Source: Candidatus Yanofskybacteria bacterium CG10_big_fil_rev_8_21_14_0_10_36_16
Lineage (GTDB): Bacteria; Patescibacteriota; Minisyncoccia; 2-02-FULL-40-12; IGHO2-01-FULL-4-A
DNA length: 64,000 nucleotides
NCBI GenBank assembly: GCA_002794035.1
Contig: PCXQ01000005.1
Coordinates: 16,909-80,908 of the forward strand
Direction: 5' to 3'
Within the stretch, counting starts at the first letter, position 1. Every line of letters begins with the position of its first letter. The position numbers and the translations under genes are program-made. The notes below the pieces were generated by a model. The model had not been told where the DNA came from and searched no databases. It saw nothing but the letters and a program-made list of their open reading frames with translations. Below are positions 58,077 through 64,000 of this stretch, piece after piece.

Positions 58077-59324
58077 ATGATTGTGGAAGACAAAAGGGCT
58101 AGGAAATGGCATTCGCAAACCGACTTGATTCAAGCTGGATTTTTGGCCGAATGGTCTGAAGGCGCTATTAGACCTCCGATTTTCCCCAACACTACATATT
58201 TATCAAAATCAGCAGAAGAACTTGAACGTGCTTTCAGAATTGCTTACGGTCTTTGCAAACCCGACCCTGAGATGCCCCCTGTATTAATGTATAACAGAAT
58301 TAATCATCCTAATGCTGAAATATGTGAGGATAGACTAAGTCTGGCGACAGGTTCTGAAGCATGTGCACTATTTTCAAGCGGTATGGCAGCAATAGATACA
58401 CTACTCTTTACCCTTAATTCTGGAGACACAATATTGCACAGCAGGCCTGTTTATGGAGGCACAAACCACCTCATAAAAGAGGAGCTGGTGCGATTTGGGA
58501 TCAATAATGTAAGCTTTGGGCCAGATGACGACTATAACGATATTAACAAAATCATTAGTAAAGCCAACTCCAAAAACTTAGCTATTGTTTATGTGGAATC
58601 CCCCGCCAATCCAACAAACACGCTTTTTGACCTTGAATTATGCGGCCGAATAGCAAAAGAACATAAAGCACTTTTTGTGGTAGACAACACTTTTCTAGGA
58701 CCCATGTGGCAAAACCCGACTAAATTTGGAGCTGATCTAGTGGTATATTCTGCAACCAAATTTATAGGTGGCCACAATGATGTTCTTAGTGGGGCAATTA
58801 CCGGCTCTAAAAAATTAATCTCAGAAATTAAGGCCAGAAGAGGCATAAAAGGTAATATTGCAAGCCCTTTTAGTAGCTGGCTTTTAACAAGAAGCCTAGA
58901 GGATTTATTTTTAAGAACAAAAAAGCAAATGGAAAATGCCAAAAAAATTGCCAAGTTTTTAAACAAGCACCCTAATGTTACAAATGTATATTACCCCTCT
59001 CTTTTTGAGGGCAAACAGGGTCAAATATATAAAAAACTTGGTATTAAACCAGGAGCCATGATACCTTTTGAAATTAAAGGCACAAAGAGAGAAGCTTATT
59101 TATTTTTAAACAACCTAAAACTTGTCAAATTGGCGGTAAGTTTAGGCGGAACGATTACATTAGCAGAACATCCCCACAGCATGACCCATATAGGCGTCTC
59201 TGATAAAGATAAGATCGAGTCAGGAATTAATGAAAGTTTGATAAGATTATCAGTCGGCCTTGAACATTACAAGGATATTATAAAAGACCTTGATCAGGCC
59301 TTATATAAAATATATGCAAAATAA
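58077..59324 (+). CDS. PLP-dependent trans-sulfuration enzyme (methionine gamma-lyase/cystathionine gamma-synthase family)
   Basis: YNRINHPN, FSSGMAAI, YVESPANPT, VVDNTF, YSATKFIGGHND, AVSLGG, RLSVGLE; GAGG SD; terminator at about 59327-59351. Confidence 0.9.
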   Translation: MIVEDKRARKWHSQTDLIQAGFLAEWSEGAIRPPIFPNTTYLSKSAEELERAFRIAYGLCKPDPEMPPVLMYNRINHPNAEICEDRLSLATGSEACALFSSGMAAIDTLLFTLNSGDTILHSRPVYGGTNHLIKEELVRFGINNVSFGPDDDYNDINKIISKANSKNLAIVYVESPANPTNTLFDLELCGRIAKEHKALFVVDNTFLGPMWQNPTKFGADLVVYSATKFIGGHNDVLSGAITGSKKLISEIKARRGIKGNIASPFSSWLLTRSLEDLFLRTKKQMENAKKIAKFLNKHPNVTNVYYPSLFEGKQGQIYKKLGIKPGAMIPFEIKGTKREAYLFLNNLKLVKLAVSLGGTITLAEHPHSMTHIGVSDKDKIESGINESLIRLSVGLEHYKDIIKDLDQALYKIYAK

Positions 59325-59349
59325 TCCAAAAGACCCTTTCGGGTCTTTT

Positions 59350-60519
59350 TTATTGTGCATTTTCTATTTCAACAAGCCGTTTATACTTAATCAGTCTTTC
59401 TTTTTGTGTAGGAGATCCGGCCTTAAGACCATCAGCGCCAGACCCATAAGCCAAATCAGCTATAAAATCATCCATGGTCTCTCCGCTTCTGTGAGAAACA
59501 ACAACTGTCCAACCCAAATCTTTGGCCTGTCTTATTGCATAAATAGACTCACTAACTGTTCCAATTTGATTTGGTTTTATTATAACCCCAGTAATACTTT
59601 CATGGCCTTTAGCTTCATTTATTCTTTCAATATTTGTAACGGTAAGATCATCCCCTGTTACAACAACATCCTTACCCAATCTTTCCTGCAATTTAGCAAA
59701 TTTTTCAAAATCATTTTCTGAAAATGGATCCTCTAGATACCAAAGGCCGTAATTTTGTTTCATTTGATCATAAATGTCATGAAGTTCGCTTTCTGGTATA
59801 TCTACTCCGTTTGCGGCCGCATCGAGTCCGAAATCAATCTTCCCTTCAAGTTTTAACTCCCTAATCGCCTGAGACAAAACCTCGAATGGTTCAAAATTGT
59901 CATAAAAATCAGGCGCAAACCCTCCCTCATCCCCCTTCCTTATTTCCTTACCTGACTGCTCCAGCATCACCTCTGTTTGCTTTATTATTTTATATGCTGT
60001 ATCCAATGACTCTTTGGTACTCTTAGAAACTGGGATGATAAGATATTCTTGAAAATCAAGATTGTTTTCAGCATGCAACCCCCCATTTATCACATTAACG
60101 AATATCCTAGGTACTTTATCTGGTCTACCACTTTTGCCTAAAACCTTCCTGAAATACTCCCACAATTGAATATTCTCTGCCAATGCTGAGGACCTGGCGT
60201 ATGCAAGAGATACTCCCAAAATAGCATTGGCTCCTAATTTTCCTTTATTTTCAGTTCCATCAAGCCCCATTAATCTTTTGTCCAACCCTTCTTGGTTTGA
60301 AGTTCCAAAGCCCCTTAGTTCAGGCTCAATAATATTTTTTATATTCTCAACCGCTTTTTCCGGATCAACGTATTTTGCTTCATGTGCTCCTGTGCTTTTG
60401 CCCTGCGGAATTGCAACAGTCCCCGACATACCGTTATCTAAACCCACGGCCACACTTATTGTGTCCTCGCCTCTAGAATCTTTTATAACCTCGGAAATTA
60501 TTGATTGAATTTTCGCCAT
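59350..60519 (-). CDS. eno: Enolase
   Basis: DSRG, GKSTG..EA, GANAILGVS, NGGLHA, GDEGGFAP, GDDL, KPNQIG, SHRSGET; start ATG 60519. Confidence 0.93.
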   Translation of the reverse strand: MAKIQSIISEVIKDSRGEDTISVAVGLDNGMSGTVAIPQGKSTGAHEAKYVDPEKAVENIKNIIEPELRGFGTSNQEGLDKRLMGLDGTENKGKLGANAILGVSLAYARSSALAENIQLWEYFRKVLGKSGRPDKVPRIFVNVINGGLHAENNLDFQEYLIIPVSKSTKESLDTAYKIIKQTEVMLEQSGKEIRKGDEGGFAPDFYDNFEPFEVLSQAIRELKLEGKIDFGLDAAANGVDIPESELHDIYDQMKQNYGLWYLEDPFSENDFEKFAKLQERLGKDVVVTGDDLTVTNIERINEAKGHESITGVIIKPNQIGTVSESIYAIRQAKDLGWTVVVSHRSGETMDDFIADLAYGSGADGLKAGSPTQKERLIKYKRLVEIENAQ

Positions 60520-60538
60520 AAGATTAATTCTACTTCTT

Positions 60539-61546
60539 TTATACAATATTTACGGGTTTACCATCTATAAAACCCTTTAAATCCTCAACTGTTGTATTTA
60601 ATATCCTTTCTATTGCTTCTTGTGTATTAAATGCATTGTGAGGAGTAACTATAACATTCGGCATGTCTATAAGGGCATGATTTTGAAGAAGTATCTTGAG
60701 ATCATGCTCGGCCGGATTTCCTGAAACCAAAAAAGTAAGTTCATCTTTTGTTGGTCCCTCTTCCTCAAACACATCAAGCCCTGCTCCACCCAAATGGCCA
60801 CTTTTCAAAGCTCCAAACAAAGCCTCTGTTTCAACAACAGCGCCACGGCTGGTGTTAACAAGATAAGCCCCTTTCTTCATCAGTCCAATATTGTCCTTAT
60901 TAATTAGATGATGAGTTTCTTTAAGATACGGCACGTGAATGGTTACAACATCGCTATTTTTTAAAGTATCTTCAAGTGGTTGATACTCAAATCCCAACTC
61001 TTTAGCCATTTCTTCATTAGGAAAAGCGTCGAACCCTATTACTTTCATCCCGTAACCATTAGCAATTTTTATTGCATATTTTCCTATTCTGCCCGTACCC
61101 ACAACACCTAGCGTCTTGCCTTTTAAATCAAAACCTCTGAGTCCATCCAGATTCCAACTCCCTTCTTCTCTTATACGATGATAGCTTTGGGGTATCTTTC
61201 TTGCCAATGCTGTTATTAGAGAGAAAGCAAACTCAGCTACAGTATTTTCACCATAAGCTGGTACATTGGCGACAGCAACACCTTTTTCGGTACATGCTTC
61301 AAGGTCTATGTGATCATAACCGGTTGATCTGGTTACAACCAATTTTAAGTTAGGAAGTTTTTCTAAAACTTCCTTGTCTACCATAGAATTAACAAAAACA
61401 CACACGGCTTCTACGCTGGCGTCCTCAGGCAAATTATCCTTATCTAAAACAGTGTCGTAAAACAAAAAATCATGCCCCTCAAGACGTTTATCTGATTGTA
61501 CGAACTCTTTTTGCCAATCCTCTAATTTAAAAAATGCAATGCGCAT
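60539..61546 (-). CDS. D-2-hydroxyacid dehydrogenase (D-lactate dehydrogenase-like)
   Basis: RSTGYDHID, VAEF, GVVGTGRIG, NTSRG, LDVFEEE, TPHNAF. Confidence 0.9.
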   Translation of the reverse strand: MRIAFFKLEDWQKEFVQSDKRLEGHDFLFYDTVLDKDNLPEDASVEAVCVFVNSMVDKEVLEKLPNLKLVVTRSTGYDHIDLEACTEKGVAVANVPAYGENTVAEFAFSLITALARKIPQSYHRIREEGSWNLDGLRGFDLKGKTLGVVGTGRIGKYAIKIANGYGMKVIGFDAFPNEEMAKELGFEYQPLEDTLKNSDVVTIHVPYLKETHHLINKDNIGLMKKGAYLVNTSRGAVVETEALFGALKSGHLGGAGLDVFEEEGPTKDELTFLVSGNPAEHDLKILLQNHALIDMPNVIVTPHNAFNTQEAIERILNTTVEDLKGFIDGKPVNIV

Positions 61547-61627
61547 AAAGATAATATTAATCTAAAATTTTATCCGAATACTATAAATATTCGAACAAAA
61601 TAACAGATTGAATAATTAACTGAAATG

Positions 61628-61762
61628 TTGACAAGTTTTTTTGATTTGTTAAAATGGGCAGGTAAGTGGCACAGACCTGACCACTCCAAGAAAACCTTGG
61701 ATCGCCAGGGATCCCACCGAAGCCTGTACAGGCTGCCCGCCGGAGCGATATCCGGCTTTTTT
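61628..61762 (+). ncRNA. Candidate small RNA (about 100 nt) with its own promoter and terminator, opposite to the ppsA-ldh-eno direction
   Basis: TTGACA-16-TAAAAT (extended -10), then GC-rich stems AGTGG/CCACT, TCCAAG/CTTGGA, GGATC/GATCC, AGCCTG/CAGGCT and GCCGGA/TCCGGC+T6. Confidence 0.5.
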
Positions 61763-61769
61763 GTTAATA

Positions 61770-64000
61770 TTATTTCTCTTTCTCTGCTATTGCCATTAAG
61801 GTCTTAATTACGGTATCAGGAGTTAACGACATACTTTCAATTCCTTTCTCAACCAAAAACTCGGCGAAGTCAGGAAAATCAGACGGTGCCTGACCGCAAA
61901 TTCCAATGTATTTACCCTTTGATTTTACCTTTTGGATTATCTGATCAACAAGAATTTTTACTGCTTCATTGTTTTCATTTGCAACTTTATTAACAGTGCT
62001 TGAATCTCTGTCCAAACCTAAAGTAAGCTGAGTCAAATCATTTGAGCCTATAGACATGCCGTCAAAAATCTCAAGAAATTGATCCGCCAAAATAATATTG
62101 GAAGGTATTTCACACATTATATAAACCTTAAGCTCACTGTCTTTTTCTCTGTCTAATCCATATTCCTTCATTATATCAACCACCTTTTGTCCTTCTTCAA
62201 TTGTTCTGCAAAATGGAACCATCGGCACTACATTTTTTAGTCCCATCTCATCACGCACCTTTTTTAGCGCCTGACATTCAAGCCCGAAAGCATCTTTAAA
62301 GTCGGGGTGATAATATCGGGAAGCCCCACGCCAACCAAGCATAGGGTTTTCTTCTTCCGGTTCATATAATTCACCGCCAAGCAGTGTGCGATACTCATTT
62401 GTCTTAAAATCAGAAAATCTTATAATGACCGGATTTGGCCAAAAAGCAGCACCTATCTTAGCTATACCTTCGGCAAGTTCATTTATATAATATTCTTTTT
62501 TATTCTCATAGCCTTTTGTTAGCTCATCTATTTTTTTAACAATTTCTACATTAGAACCTTCCTCCTTTATTTTGTCATAATTTATTAAAGCATTCGGATG
62601 AACCTTAATGTGTGAAGCTATTATAAATTCTAAACGGCCAAGACCTACGCCCTTTGCTGGTAAAACATGGTACCTAAATGCCTCATCAGGAGCACCGATG
62701 TTAACCATTATTTTTGTTTTAGTTTCAGGTATTTTATCTAGCTGATGCTCCTCTGTTTCAAATTCGAGAATCCCTTCATAAATAATACCGTTTTTACCCG
62801 AAGAACAGTCAACAGTAATCTCCTGGCCTGTTTTTAATGTTTGAGTAGCTGTTCCCGAACCAACCACGGCTGGTATCCCTAATTCACGAGAAACAATAGC
62901 CGCGTGAGATGTCCTTCCTCCTTTGTCTGTAACAATAGCTGAGGCTATCTTCATAATGGGCTCCCAATCAGGATCTGTGATTTCCGTAACCAATATCTCA
63001 TCTTTTTGAAATTCGCTTATGTCCTTTACATCCTTAATAACCCTGACTTTTCCTGTTGCAATCTTTGATCCAACGGCTGTTCCCCTCACCAACTCATTGC
63101 CTTTTTTATTCAAATGATATTCTTTATATACATTTTTATCTGCTGTAGAGTGAACTGTTTCAGGTCTTGCTTGGACAATGAATAGTTCGCCAGTGTTTCC
63201 GTCTTTGGCCCACTCAACATCCATAGGTTGATATTTACCATGTTTTTCTGAAAAATATTTTTCTATTTGAGCCACCCAGCCAGCCAATTGCAGAACTTCA
63301 TCATCTGATAGACAATACTTGGTTTTTTCATCCTCCGACACATCTTCAATCTTTGTAGCCTCTTTTTCAGAATAAACCATTTTTATATCTTTATCTCCTA
63401 AATTTCTTGAAATAATGGGCCTGAGATTATCTTTTAGCATGGGCTTAAAAACAATAAATTCATCTGGAGTAACCTTTCCTTGAACAATCATTTCGCCTAA
63501 ACCATATGAACCATTTATAATCACCACCTTATCAAAACCTGTTTCAGTATCAATAGAAAAAGCGACCCCCGATGAAGCAAGGTCGCTTCTAACCATTTTT
63601 TGAACACCCACAGATAAGGCGACATCAAAATGAGAAAATCCCTTATCCTCTCTATAAGATATCGCTCTGTTTGTAAAAAGAGAGGCAATTGCTTTTTTAA
63701 CTGATTCTAAAAGTGCATCCTCTCCCACAATATTTAAATATGTCTCTTGCTGGCCAGCAAAAGAAGCACCGGGCAAATCTTCCGCCGTAGCAGATGACCT
63801 AACAGCCACATCAGGATTTTCACCATATTCTTCTCCCATCTTTTTGTAAGCTTTAGATATTTCTTCTTTCAAATCTTCAGGCATCTCTGATTCTAAAATC
63901 AAATTCCTTACGTTCTCTCCTCTTTTGGCGAGATCTTCAACATTGCTGGTATCAAGCCCGTTCAGTGCTTCTTTTATTTTGTCTTTAAGCCCAGCTTTTT
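61770..64000 (-). CDS. ppsA: Phosphoenolpyruvate synthase (5' end beyond the right window edge)
   Basis: AVRSSATAEDL..SFAGQ, VQARPETV, GGRTSHAAIVSRELG (phospho-His), EENPMLGWRG, SIGSNDLTQL; the frame stays open to 64000. Confidence 0.97.
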   Translation of the reverse strand, partial: KAGLKDKIKEALNGLDTSNVEDLAKRGENVRNLILESEMPEDLKEEISKAYKKMGEEYGENPDVAVRSSATAEDLPGASFAGQQETYLNIVGEDALLESVKKAIASLFTNRAISYREDKGFSHFDVALSVGVQKMVRSDLASSGVAFSIDTETGFDKVVIINGSYGLGEMIVQGKVTPDEFIVFKPMLKDNLRPIISRNLGDKDIKMVYSEKEATKIEDVSEDEKTKYCLSDDEVLQLAGWVAQIEKYFSEKHGKYQPMDVEWAKDGNTGELFIVQARPETVHSTADKNVYKEYHLNKKGNELVRGTAVGSKIATGKVRVIKDVKDISEFQKDEILVTEITDPDWEPIMKIASAIVTDKGGRTSHAAIVSRELGIPAVVGSGTATQTLKTGQEITVDCSSGKNGIIYEGILEFETEEHQLDKIPETKTKIMVNIGAPDEAFRYHVLPAKGVGLGRLEFIIASHIKVHPNALINYDKIKEEGSNVEIVKKIDELTKGYENKKEYYINELAEGIAKIGAAFWPNPVIIRFSDFKTNEYRTLLGGELYEPEEENPMLGWRGASRYYHPDFKDAFGLECQALKKVRDEMGLKNVVPMVPFCRTIEEGQKVVDIMKEYGLDREKDSELKVYIMCEIPSNIILADQFLEIFDGMSIGSNDLTQLTLGLDRDSSTVNKVANENNEAVKILVDQIIQKVKSKGKYIGICGQAPSDFPDFAEFLVEKGIESMSLTPDTVIKTLMAIAEKEK

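Noticed and set aside
61656-61740. SRP (4.5S) RNA, suggested by GGTCAGGTC on the minus strand
   Set aside because: The GNRA loop and AGCAG of helix 8 are missing
802-61807. Many 60-150 aa ORFs antisense to or overlapping real genes (e.g. 802-1143, 6054-6464, 11719-12162, 28687-29121, 32482-32934, 59290-59721, 61625-61807)
   Set aside because: Shadow frames of recognisable genes or structured regions, with no SD, motifs or protein-like composition
1-64000. Alternative genetic code (TGA=Gly, as in Gracilibacteria/Absconditabacteria)
   Set aside because: Core genes translate full length under code 11, and lysS ends at TGA at the expected position

Overview
Low-GC bacterial chromosome segment using the standard genetic code (TGA is a stop, e.g. 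lysS). The gene content and protein families point to a Patescibacteria/CPR (Parcubacteria-like) genome; this assignment is inferred, not searched. The minus strand carries the housekeeping backbone: ppsA, D-2-hydroxyacid dehydrogenase, eno, dsbA-VKOR, a large S-layer-like gene, a UvrD-nuclease, mreBCD-mrdA, greA, lysS, serS, alr, an ftsQ-like gene, tRNA-Ile, prs and tRNA-Ala. Many stand-alone accessory genes interrupt it. These often have their own sigma70-like promoter, a strong Shine-Dalgarno and a shared CCCCGC-N3/4-GCGGGG hairpin. Most notable: (1) an intact TonB-dependent-receptor-like beta-barrel gene clustered with a ceramidase-like hydrolase and two CAAX/CPBP proteases, in a lineage thought to lack an outer membrane; (2) two GC-rich, promoter- and terminator-bounded multi-hairpin intergenic units that look like unannotated small RNAs (about 19.2 kb and 61.7 kb); (3) a LexA fused to an excisionase-type HTH, with a structured leader and a direct-repeat operator; (4) a MITE/REP-like inverted-repeat family; (5) a tandem pair of paralogous orphan small proteins. 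No CRISPR array, rRNA, integrase or transposase was seen. All functional calls come from motif recognition by eye, without database searches.
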